Shown here: positions 10,459 to 19,460 of the stretch, in pieces | Numbering within the stretch: position 1 is the first letter of the stretch | Layout of the letters: the number at the start of each line of letters is the position of its first letter | From: Bacteroidales bacterium | Lineage (GTDB): Bacteria; Bacteroidota; Bacteroidia; Bacteroidales; UBA932 | Assembly (NCBI GenBank): GCA_051646985.1 | Contig: JBOFDL010000084.1 | Location: 1 to 46,001, forward strand | Direction: 5' to 3' | Length of the DNA stretch: 46,001 nt | Program-made: the position numbers and the translations under genes | The notes under the pieces: generated by a model | Databases searched by the model: none | What the model saw: the letters and a program-made list of their open reading frames with translations, nothing else | Told to the model about the DNA's origin: nothing

Positions 10459-12648
10459 ATGTCCACTCTACGATTCAAAGCCGTTGAAGAAGCCTTCAAA
10501 CGCAAAGTTGTTGAAGTTAGACTTCCCTCAGAATTAACCTCTGCATATTATGGAAAAAAAGTATTTAACCGTAATCAAATGGCAAAATACTTATCTAATA
10601 ACACTTTACTGCATCTTACAAATGCTATTGACAATGGCACAGCTATCAGTCGAGATGTAGCAAAGGAGGTTGCAATGGCAATGAAAGATTGGGCTTTGTC
10701 AATGGGCGCAACACATTACTCTCACTGGTTTCAACCTCTTACAGATGGAACAGCTGAGAAGCATGACTCTTTTATCGAATATGATAAAAATGGTGGAGTA
10801 ATTGAAGATTTCTCAGGGACATTATTGGTTCAACAAGAGCCTGATGCATCAAGTTTCCCAAACGGAGGAATTCGCAATACATTTGAAGCACGAGGATATA
10901 CCGCATGGGATCCATCATCCCCTGCGTTTATTGTTGATGACACATTGTGTGTGCCTACTGTTTTTATTGCATATACAGGCGAGGCGCTAGATTATAAAAC
11001 ACCACTACTTCGATCTATCAATAGCGTGAGTAAGGCGGCTCTTGATGTATGTCATTATTTTGATAAAAATGTAAAAAAAGTCACCCCATTTTTGGGCTGG
11101 GAGCAAGAATATTTTTTGGTAGATGAAGCATTATATATGGCACGCCCAGATTTAATGCTATGCGGACGAACACTTATGGGGCACGAAAGTGCAAAAAACC
11201 AACAATTAGAAGATCACTATTTTGGAGCAATACCTACACGTATAGCTGCATTTATGCGAGAACTCGAATACGAAGCCTACACATATGGAATCCCTCTAAA
11301 AACTCGACATAATGAAGTGGCTCCCAATCAATTTGAATTTGCGCCCATTTATGGAGAAATGAATTTAGCGAATGACCATAATCAACTTATTATATCTATA
11401 ATGGATAGGGTCGCTCGAAAACATAGTTTTAGAGTATTATTGCATGAAAAACCATTTGCAGGCATCAACGGTTCTGGAAAACACAATAACTGGTCATTAG
11501 GAACAGATACTGGTGTCGGACTACTTACTCCCGGAAAAACTCCTGCCGAAAACATTCAATTTATTACCTTCTTGGTTAATACTCTAATGGCTGTACATAA
11601 ACATAATGCCTTGATAAAAGCTAGTATTATGAGTGCAAACAATGCTCATCGACTAGGTGCCAATGAAGCCCCTCCTGCAATTATATCCGTATTCTTAGGC
11701 ACACAACTTACTGACGTGCTTAAAAAATTAGAAAGAAGTACAAGTGATGAGGCTATTATTCTCAATGAAAAAAAGAAATTAAGTTTAGGAATTGCCCATA
11801 TTCCAGAAGTATTGTTAGACAATACCGACAGAAATCGCACATCTCCCTTTGCCTTTACAGGTAATCGCTTTGAATTTAGAGCCTTAGGTTCCTCTGCAAA
11901 TTGTGCGGGAGCACTCATTGCAATAAACTCCGCCTTGGCAAGTCAACTCAAAGATTTTAAGGCAAGCGTTGATGCAAAAATCCAAGATGGGATGACTAAG
12001 GAACAAGCCTTATTTGCCGTTATCAAAAAATATATAAAAGCCTCAAAAGCAATTCATTTTGATGGGAATGGCTATAGTGATGAGTGGAAAAAAGAAGCTG
12101 AACGACGTGGCTTAGATTATCAAGCAAGTGTACCTAAGGGTTATGATGCTTATCTAACAAAGGCTAGTATAAAAATGTTTGCAGAGGCAGGCGTATTTAA
12201 TGAAAAAGAATTACATGCTCGTAATGAGGTTAAATGGGAGATATATACAAAAAAAATACAAATTGAGGCTCGAGTCCTTGGCGATCTCGCCATTAACCAC
12301 GTTATCCCTGTAGCTACTCGCTACCAAAGCATCCTACTGGATAATGTCTATAAAATGCAATCTATTTTGCCCGAAACAAAAGCGAGTAAATTAGTGGCTC
12401 TCAACATTGAGAATATTGAAAAAATTGCAGCATATATTAGTGATATAAGAGAAAGTGTAAATGGTATGGTAGATGCTCGAAAATGTGCAAATAAAATTGA
12501 GAAAGAACGCGAAAAGGCTATTTCGTATGAAAGTACTGTCGTTCCTTATTTTACAAGCATTCGCAAATGTATTGATAAACTTGAAATGATTGTAGATGAT
12601 GAGATGTGGACGCTCCCAAAATATCGAGAATTACTGTTTATCCGATAA
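10459..12648 (+). CDS. glnN: Glutamine synthetase type III
   Basis: Starting at MSTLRFKAVEEAFKRK gives 729 aa, the length typical of type III GS. Contains the NEVAPNQFEFAPIY and HEKPFAGINGSGKHNNWS blocks. The 30 upstream codons of the ORF (from 10369) are hydrophobic junk and contain the promoter box. Confidence 0.9.
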   Translation: MSTLRFKAVEEAFKRKVVEVRLPSELTSAYYGKKVFNRNQMAKYLSNNTLLHLTNAIDNGTAISRDVAKEVAMAMKDWALSMGATHYSHWFQPLTDGTAEKHDSFIEYDKNGGVIEDFSGTLLVQQEPDASSFPNGGIRNTFEARGYTAWDPSSPAFIVDDTLCVPTVFIAYTGEALDYKTPLLRSINSVSKAALDVCHYFDKNVKKVTPFLGWEQEYFLVDEALYMARPDLMLCGRTLMGHESAKNQQLEDHYFGAIPTRIAAFMRELEYEAYTYGIPLKTRHNEVAPNQFEFAPIYGEMNLANDHNQLIISIMDRVARKHSFRVLLHEKPFAGINGSGKHNNWSLGTDTGVGLLTPGKTPAENIQFITFLVNTLMAVHKHNALIKASIMSANNAHRLGANEAPPAIISVFLGTQLTDVLKKLERSTSDEAIILNEKKKLSLGIAHIPEVLLDNTDRNRTSPFAFTGNRFEFRALGSSANCAGALIAINSALASQLKDFKASVDAKIQDGMTKEQALFAVIKKYIKASKAIHFDGNGYSDEWKKEAERRGLDYQASVPKGYDAYLTKASIKMFAEAGVFNEKELHARNEVKWEIYTKKIQIEARVLGDLAINHVIPVATRYQSILLDNVYKMQSILPETKASKLVALNIENIEKIAAYISDIRESVNGMVDARKCANKIEKEREKAISYESTVVPYFTSIRKCIDKLEMIVDDEMWTLPKYRELLFIR

Positions 12649-12715
12649 TGATTTATAATTCTTAACTAAGAATATGCAAGAAATATTGGTGAGTTAGTCT
12701 CTCTGATTGGATTAT

Positions 12716-14119
12716 CTACCAACCTCCTCCCAGTGCTTTATATAATTGCACCATTGTAATTTGTTGGTCTCTTATCGCATTACTAAGACTAATTTGGGCA
12801 TCAAAGTAATTACGTTGAGCATCAAGGACGTCAAGGTAACCAATCACTCCATTAATATACTGTAATTGCGCAAATTCCATGGTAACTTTTGAGGCTGCTT
12901 CAAATTGTTGTCTTGCCTCTAAAACTTCCTTGATTTTATTAAAATTGACAATAGCATTATGTACTTCTCTAAAGGCATTTAACACAACTCTTTCATAGCG
13001 ACTACATTCTTGCTCAAAAGCCGCTTGCGAGGCTTTATGCAAAGCCCGATTTCTCCCCATCGCAAATACTGGACCGATAAGATTCGCACTCAGATAATGT
13101 AAGGGCGATTTAAGAAGGCTATTTAAATCCTCACTTTCTGCGCCAAATTGAGCTGTAAGATTCAATCTTGGGAACATATTGGTATAAGCTACGCCTACAC
13201 TTGCATTTGCTGCAATGAGTTTTTGTTCTGCTTCTCGAATATCTGGTCTTCGTTCAAGTAAATCAGACGACAAGCCCATGGGCAGAGATGCTAGCAATCG
13301 CTTGTCAGCGGATAAAGTGGTGCGACTAATTGAGGTAGGATAGTCTCCTGCTAAAAATGCAATTTCATTTTGCTTAATAGATATTTTTCGATCTAAATCT
13401 GGCACTAATATCCTGGTGCGCGTATATTCTAATTGTGCTTGTTGAAAGGAGGTTTCTGAGGTTAATCCGCCCTCAAAACGAAGTTTAGCTAATCTGGCTC
13501 CTTCAGCACGAGCATACAGAGTTTGTCGAACAATAAATAGTTCATTATCTAACGCCATCAATTCAAAATATGCCTGTGCAACTTGTGCAATAACACTTAT
13601 TTTAAGGGCTCTCTCCATTTCAATACTACTAAGCAAAAAGGCCTTACTTTTATCTCTATTCCAGCGTAGATTTCCCCACAAATCCGCTTCCCAACTTAAG
13701 GTTAATTTTACACCAAATTCGGGGTCATTTACAAATCGATTCCCTCCATAATTACGGCCTTCTTTTTGTCCATAAGCATTCGCATTAAGGCGAGGAAAAA
13801 GATTGGAAAAATCAACACGATTCATCGCAGCCAACTCTTTTACACGAGCGTCCGCAATTTTCAAATCCTTGTTATGCTCTAATGTTCTATAGAGGAGTTG
13901 TTGCAACATACTATCGGGATAAATCTGCCACCATTTTAATTGAGCAATAGATGTACTGTCAAGTGATGAAGAACTCTGTACAATAGAATCCTCCACACCA
14001 TAAATTGCACTTAATTCTTGTGGGACAGACATCTGTGGACGAATATAGCGCTTTCCTATTTGGCAAGAATTGAGCAATAAAATACTCCAAAAAGTAATGT
14101 ATAGAAAATTATTATTCAT
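12716..14119 (-). CDS. RND efflux outer-membrane factor lipoprotein (TolC/NodT family)
   Basis: 467 aa with the lipoprotein signal ...LLLNSC. Two tandem TolC-like helical repeats are present. Its start overlaps the stop of the RND pump gene (TAATG). Confidence 0.85.
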   Translation of the reverse strand: MNNNFLYITFWSILLLNSCQIGKRYIRPQMSVPQELSAIYGVEDSIVQSSSSLDSTSIAQLKWWQIYPDSMLQQLLYRTLEHNKDLKIADARVKELAAMNRVDFSNLFPRLNANAYGQKEGRNYGGNRFVNDPEFGVKLTLSWEADLWGNLRWNRDKSKAFLLSSIEMERALKISVIAQVAQAYFELMALDNELFIVRQTLYARAEGARLAKLRFEGGLTSETSFQQAQLEYTRTRILVPDLDRKISIKQNEIAFLAGDYPTSISRTTLSADKRLLASLPMGLSSDLLERRPDIREAEQKLIAANASVGVAYTNMFPRLNLTAQFGAESEDLNSLLKSPLHYLSANLIGPVFAMGRNRALHKASQAAFEQECSRYERVVLNAFREVHNAIVNFNKIKEVLEARQQFEAASKVTMEFAQLQYINGVIGYLDVLDAQRNYFDAQISLSNAIRDQQITMVQLYKALGGGW

Positions 14120-17100
14120 TATTTTCTTGCTCTGAACTTATAAATTAGCACAAAGAAAAAAGGGACGAATACAATTCCTATAGTAATGGCAAAAAGCATT
14201 CCAAAAAAAACACCTGTGCCAATAGCTTGTCGACTTGCCGCACCTGGACCACTAGCAATTACCATAGGTAGCATTCCTAAAACAAAGGCAAGGGAGGTCA
14301 TTAAAATAGGACGAAAGCGAAGTTTTGACGCATAAATTGCTGCTTGCTCAATAGGGACTCCTAACTCAACTTGCTCTTTTGCAAACTCCACAATCAAAAT
14401 AGCATTTTTTGCAGCTAATCCAACCAACATAACTAGACCAATTTGAAAATAAATATCATTTTCTAGTCCACAAAAAAATACGCCAAGGTAAGCTCCTAAT
14501 GCCGCTATAGGCAAAGATAACAATACTGCTATCGGAACAAACCATGACTCATAAAGCGCGGCTAAAAAGAGAAAAACAAAAAGAAAAACTAAGGCTAATA
14601 TCATTCCTGTTTTACCATCTGCCTGTTTTTCTTGATACGATAATCCACTCCACTCTACACCAATATTACTTGGTAAATACTTTCGTACAAGCTGCTCAAT
14701 AATTTCCATCGCTTGCCCTGAACTATATCCATCGGCGGCCGAACCACGAATAATCGAGGTGTTAAACATATTAAATCGTTTTATACTTCCAGGACCTGTA
14801 GTGTATGACATCGTGCCTAATGAGGTTAAAGGAATCATTATATTTTCGGCTCCTCTCACAAAAAACAAATTCACATTGTCCTTATGCTCTCGATAATTTG
14901 CCTCAGCTTGAATATAAACGCGATACACGCGATTAAACATATTAAAATCATTAACATAAAGTGCCCCAGTATATGCCTTCATCGTTGAAAAAACATCTGA
15001 AAGTGGAACTCCTGCAAATTTAACTTTATCTCTATCTACATCAAAATACAACTGCGGAATGTCTGCTTGTAGTGAGGAGGAAAGCCCGGCTAATTCTTTT
15101 CGTTGTGCAGCATAAAGCATTAAGGTATCTGTAGCTCGCGCCAAATCATCAAAAGATGCATCTCCTCGTGCTTCTAATTGCATCTCAAAACCTCCCGAAC
15201 TGCCTAACCCAGGGATGACTGGTGGTTTAGATATATATACTTTACTCTCTGGGTATTGATTCATTTCTTGTTTTACACTATTCATAAGTGCATCCGTAGA
15301 TTGAGCGCGATCATTCCACGGCTTTAAAATAACCGTTAATTCACTTCGAGACTGACTACTGCCTACACGAGAACTAGTGCCTGCCACACTCTGCACGTAA
15401 GCAACAGAGGGTTGTTGCATCAAATAATTAACGGCTCTTTCCGTAACCAACTGAGTACGCTCTAGAGTTGACCCTTCAGGCAACTCCAATTCTATCTTAA
15501 AATATCCTTGATCCTCTATAGGCAAAAAACTGGTTGGTGTAATACGGTGCATTATAAAAATAGCAATCAATATGAATCCAAATGCACTAAATGTACGTCT
15601 TGGAAATTTAATTGCCTTTTGAATAATGGAAACATATTTTGTGTTTCCAACCTCCAACCATCGATTGATTAGTGCATAAAGTCGATTTTGTTTTCTATTG
15701 GAATTTTCGGGTTTTAATATCAATGAACACATAACTGGACTTAATGTCAATGCCACTATCGTAGATAAAAGTACAGAAACTACAATCGTAATTGTAAATT
15801 GGCGATAAAGCTGCCCTGTAATTCCGCCTAAAAAACTAACGGGTACAAAAACAGCAACTAAAACTAAAGAAGTTGCAATAATTGCTCCTGTAAGACCTTT
15901 CATTGCTTTACAGGTTGCCTCATAAGCTGAAAGCTGTTCATCTCGCATAAGCCTTTCTACACTTTCAACTACAACAATAGCATCGTCAACAACAATGCCA
16001 ATTGCTAACACTAATCCTAATAGCGTAAGAAGATTGAGTGAAAAGCCAAAAATAAGCATAAAGCCAAAAGTGCCAATCAATGAAATTGGTACTGCAACTA
16101 AAGGCACTAAAGTAGCTCGCCAATTTTGCAAAGACAGGAGGACTACTATAATTACAAGAAGCAGTGCTTCCAAAAGTGTTTTATAGACTTCCTTTATTGA
16201 CTCGGAAATATAATTTGTCATATCAAAGGGGATTTCATAACTCATGCCCTCTGGAAATGTTTGGCTTATTTCTGCCATTACTTCTTTAACTCTATTTGCA
16301 ACATCTATAGCATTTGCTCCTGGGAGCATATAAATAGCTAAAACTGCTGCATTTTCCTGATTGATTGCACTTGCCGTATTATACGATTGTGCTTCTAAAG
16401 AAATAGTTGCAACGTCGCGTAAGCGGATAATAAAACCATCTGTAGTGGCACGAATCACAATATCCTCGAATTGACTTACTGTAGATAATCTTCCTTGCGT
16501 AATAATAGGAATAGTAATATCTAGTCCTTGTACGGGTTGCTGTCCAAAAACTCCCGCAGCAGATTCTCTATTTTGATCTTTAAGGGCACTTTGTAAATCA
16601 GCAACTGTTAGTCCAAAATTGGCTAATTTATCAGGCTGTAGCCAAATTTGCATTGCATAATAACGACTTCCAATATTTGAGACACGCCCGACTCCAGGGA
16701 TACGACGTACTAAATCAAGTACATTTAATGTGGCAAAATTACTGAGATATATTTCATCAAATTTAGGGTCTGTTGAGGTTAAGCAAATCGTAAGAAGTTG
16801 ACTTGCTGCTTGTTTTTCTACAGAAATCCCATTTTGCACTACTTCGGCAGGAAGTCTTGACTCTGCTAGTTTTATACGATTTTGTACTTCTACCGCAGCT
16901 AAATCTGGGTCGACAGAGATATCAAAAGTAATATTAGTAGAAAAGCCGCCTGAATTAGAACTATTAGACTCCATATACAGCATTCCCGGAATACCGTTTA
17001 ACTCTTGCTCAATAGGAGTTGCTACTGCCTGTGAAACTGTTAATGCACTTGCTCCAGGATAGGAGGCACTGACTCGCACTACTGGTGGTGTAATTTGAGG

Positions 17101-17208
17101 ATACTGGTCAATGGGCAATAAAGTAAGTCCAATAATGCCGAGAATCACAATTAAAATGGATAAAACAGCTGAAAAGACAGGACGATCAATAAAAAAATTA
17201 ACTTTCAT
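14119..17208 (-). CDS. RND (HAE1, AcrB-like) multidrug efflux permease
   Basis: 1029 aa. The N-terminus MKVNFFIDRPVFSAVLSILIVILG, the 12-TM pattern and two large periplasmic loops fit AcrB/MexB family architecture. Confidence 0.93.
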   Translation of the reverse strand: MKVNFFIDRPVFSAVLSILIVILGIIGLTLLPIDQYPQITPPVVRVSASYPGASALTVSQAVATPIEQELNGIPGMLYMESNSSNSGGFSTNITFDISVDPDLAAVEVQNRIKLAESRLPAEVVQNGISVEKQAASQLLTICLTSTDPKFDEIYLSNFATLNVLDLVRRIPGVGRVSNIGSRYYAMQIWLQPDKLANFGLTVADLQSALKDQNRESAAGVFGQQPVQGLDITIPIITQGRLSTVSQFEDIVIRATTDGFIIRLRDVATISLEAQSYNTASAINQENAAVLAIYMLPGANAIDVANRVKEVMAEISQTFPEGMSYEIPFDMTNYISESIKEVYKTLLEALLLVIIVVLLSLQNWRATLVPLVAVPISLIGTFGFMLIFGFSLNLLTLLGLVLAIGIVVDDAIVVVESVERLMRDEQLSAYEATCKAMKGLTGAIIATSLVLVAVFVPVSFLGGITGQLYRQFTITIVVSVLLSTIVALTLSPVMCSLILKPENSNRKQNRLYALINRWLEVGNTKYVSIIQKAIKFPRRTFSAFGFILIAIFIMHRITPTSFLPIEDQGYFKIELELPEGSTLERTQLVTERAVNYLMQQPSVAYVQSVAGTSSRVGSSQSRSELTVILKPWNDRAQSTDALMNSVKQEMNQYPESKVYISKPPVIPGLGSSGGFEMQLEARGDASFDDLARATDTLMLYAAQRKELAGLSSSLQADIPQLYFDVDRDKVKFAGVPLSDVFSTMKAYTGALYVNDFNMFNRVYRVYIQAEANYREHKDNVNLFFVRGAENIMIPLTSLGTMSYTTGPGSIKRFNMFNTSIIRGSAADGYSSGQAMEIIEQLVRKYLPSNIGVEWSGLSYQEKQADGKTGMILALVFLFVFLFLAALYESWFVPIAVLLSLPIAALGAYLGVFFCGLENDIYFQIGLVMLVGLAAKNAILIVEFAKEQVELGVPIEQAAIYASKLRFRPILMTSLAFVLGMLPMVIASGPGAASRQAIGTGVFFGMLFAITIGIVFVPFFFVLIYKFRARK

Positions 17209-17269
17209 TTTGAACTATATTGTAGCATATGTAGTATGCAAAACACTGCACATCAGAAATATAAGTAGT

Positions 17270-18409
17270 TTACTCAACAAAAATAGTTTTCACTTTTATA
17301 CCTGGACTTAATTTATGATGTCCTTCAACTACAATCGTTTCATTAAAAATTAATCCTCGCTCCACCACTGCATAATTGTCAAATTCAGGACCGAGTTCAA
17401 TAAATCTGCGCTCTACAGTTTGGTCTCGTCGTACCACATAAATATATGTGCCACCTTTTTCGATTATAACAGCCTTTAACGGGACAACGGTTATTGCTTT
17501 ACGAACATCTAACAATAACTTAACCTTAGTAAATTGACCCGGCAATAAAACATGCTGAGGATTTGGCAATTCTGCTCGCACAGAAAATGTTCCTGTACGA
17601 GGATCAACTTGAGGTTGAGCAAAATCAACCAACCCTGTATATGGATACACTGTATTATCTGCTAAAGTTACAGAAACTGTAGGTTGCCACGAACGAGAGG
17701 AGTCTTTTTGTCCAAGATTTACATTGCGCTCTTTACTTTTGAGATAGTCAAGAGCTGTCATACTAAAATCGACCAATACAGTATCACTTTTCACAATGGT
17801 TGCGAGAAGCGATTTACCCGCGGATCCGACCAACGTTCCCAAATCAACATTACGCTCACTTATATAGCCGGAAAGTGGCGAACGAACTGTTGTATAACCC
17901 AATTCTAATTCAGCTTGTTCTAAATCCGCAGCGCTCATAACCACAGAAGCCGCGGCAGTTTCATAAGCAGCAATGGCGTTATCTAAATCTAGTTGACTAG
18001 TGGCATTCTGCTCATACAAGGGCCGAATACGCTCTAAATCACGTTTTGTTTTTTGCTCTTGGGCTTCATCTTTTTTTAATTGGGCTCGAGCTTTCTCTCG
18101 TTTTGCTTTGTATTGATTTTGATTAATTAAAAATAGTAATTGGCCTTTGGTTACAAATGAGCCTTCTTCAAAAAACATCTGTTCCAAATAGCCCTCTACA
18201 CGAGCGCGGATCTCTACGAACTGCTGTGCGCGGACTCGTCCGACATATTCTCCATATATGGAAACATCTTTTTGTGCCACTGGAAGTCCTCCGACTACAA
18301 TACAAGGAATTTCAGGGGTTTGCCTTGTTAGCACAGTAACAAAATAAATGGCAAAGAGCAAAACTACAAATCCCGCCCAAATAAACCTTTTTTTAGTTAG
18401 TCTAAACAT
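17270..18409 (-). CDS. RND efflux periplasmic adaptor (membrane fusion protein)
   Basis: 379 aa with an N-terminal TM anchor, a lipoyl-like domain and a coiled-coil hairpin (KAKREKARAQLKKDEAQEQ...). It is the first gene of the MFP-RND-OMF string. Confidence 0.88.
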   Translation of the reverse strand: MFRLTKKRFIWAGFVVLLFAIYFVTVLTRQTPEIPCIVVGGLPVAQKDVSIYGEYVGRVRAQQFVEIRARVEGYLEQMFFEEGSFVTKGQLLFLINQNQYKAKREKARAQLKKDEAQEQKTKRDLERIRPLYEQNATSQLDLDNAIAAYETAAASVVMSAADLEQAELELGYTTVRSPLSGYISERNVDLGTLVGSAGKSLLATIVKSDTVLVDFSMTALDYLKSKERNVNLGQKDSSRSWQPTVSVTLADNTVYPYTGLVDFAQPQVDPRTGTFSVRAELPNPQHVLLPGQFTKVKLLLDVRKAITVVPLKAVIIEKGGTYIYVVRRDQTVERRFIELGPEFDNYAVVERGLIFNETIVVEGHHKLSPGIKVKTIFVE

Positions 18410-18490
18410 ATATTCAATATTCGTGTATTTTCATGCCGAAAAAATTATCTTCCTTGGATGAGTTCTGTAATGAAATGACATTTTATATGG

Positions 18491-18498
18491 CAAAGGTA
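18491..18498 (-). promoter_or_regulatory. Candidate -7 promoter box (TACCTTTG on the minus strand) for the RND efflux operon
   Basis: The plus strand reads CAAAGGTA, about 80 nt upstream of the adaptor ATG (18409). Confidence 0.45.
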
Positions 18499-18586
18499 TA
18501 TAAAATCGAGAATATTTCTGTTTTTAATTCTTACACAACATTTATTTATCATATTTCATTACTTTCTCATTTTCGCTTTTTTGTAC

Positions 18587-18594
18587 TACCTTTG
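18587..18594 (+). promoter_or_regulatory. Candidate -7 promoter box TACCTTTG for the PASTA/T9SS-cargo/rluD operon
   Basis: Exact TAnnTTTG match, 26 nt upstream of the ATG at 18621. It is mirrored against the minus-strand box at 18491-18498. Confidence 0.45.
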
Positions 18595-18620
18595 TTTTCG
18601 TTGTTGTTTAATAAAAAAAT

Positions 18621-19460
18621 ATGCTAAGTAAGGATAAGAATTGGGATTTTATTTCTGATGAAAAAAAATCAAACAATATGTTTAGTCGAATATGGAGTGA
18701 TTTTTATGTGCGGAATATTACTTTTACCATCAGCACTCTACTTTTACTAGGCCTACTACTTAACATTGGTCTAATGATTTACACTAGAAATGGACAATCT
18801 GCTCCACTTCCTGCATTCTTAGGATTATCATACCCTCAAGCAAAAGCATTAGCCTCTGTACACAATCTTCGATTGCAAATAGTTGACTCTGTATATGTTG
18901 CACATAAGTCTCCTGGAATGGTGATCGAACAAAATCCGAAACCCAATGTTTCGGTAAAGAACAATCGCACGGTGTTTTTAACCCTTAATGCCTCTAACCC
19001 AAAGCGTATATTAGTGCCAAATGTCGTTGGACTTTCTCTCCGTCAAGCAAAAGCAACCATTGAAATGCAAGGTTTTGCAATTGGAAAACTTGCTTTTTCT
19101 ATAGACATAGCCTCTAAAAATGTATTGGGGCAATATTACAAAGGACGTATATTGCCTGAAGGCACGTTACTTGCATCGGGAACTCAAATTGATCTTTTAA
19201 TTGGAAAAACGAGTGATAAAGAGCAAACTTCATTGCCTAACCTTAAGGGATTAACACTTAGTTTAGCAAGAAGCCAACTCATTGACGCTTCTTTAAACAT
19301 GGGAAGTGTCCGCTACGATGAATCTGTAAAAAACATGTTAGATACAATAAGTGCAAGAGTATATTTGCAAAATCCATCTCCGAGCGAAGAGTACTCAATC
19401 ACTTGTGGAAAGGCAATTGATGTTTTCTTGACGGTAAACTCTGTTCGACTTGATTTGTAA
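18621..19460 (+). CDS. PASTA domain-containing membrane protein
   Basis: 279 aa with one TM helix (FTISTLLLLGLLLNIGLMIY). Three PASTA-like repeats follow (e.g. VPNVVGLSLRQAKATIEMQGF, LPNLKGLTLSLARSQLIDASL). Confidence 0.8.
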   Translation: MLSKDKNWDFISDEKKSNNMFSRIWSDFYVRNITFTISTLLLLGLLLNIGLMIYTRNGQSAPLPAFLGLSYPQAKALASVHNLRLQIVDSVYVAHKSPGMVIEQNPKPNVSVKNNRTVFLTLNASNPKRILVPNVVGLSLRQAKATIEMQGFAIGKLAFSIDIASKNVLGQYYKGRILPEGTLLASGTQIDLLIGKTSDKEQTSLPNLKGLTLSLARSQLIDASLNMGSVRYDESVKNMLDTISARVYLQNPSPSEEYSITCGKAIDVFLTVNSVRLDL

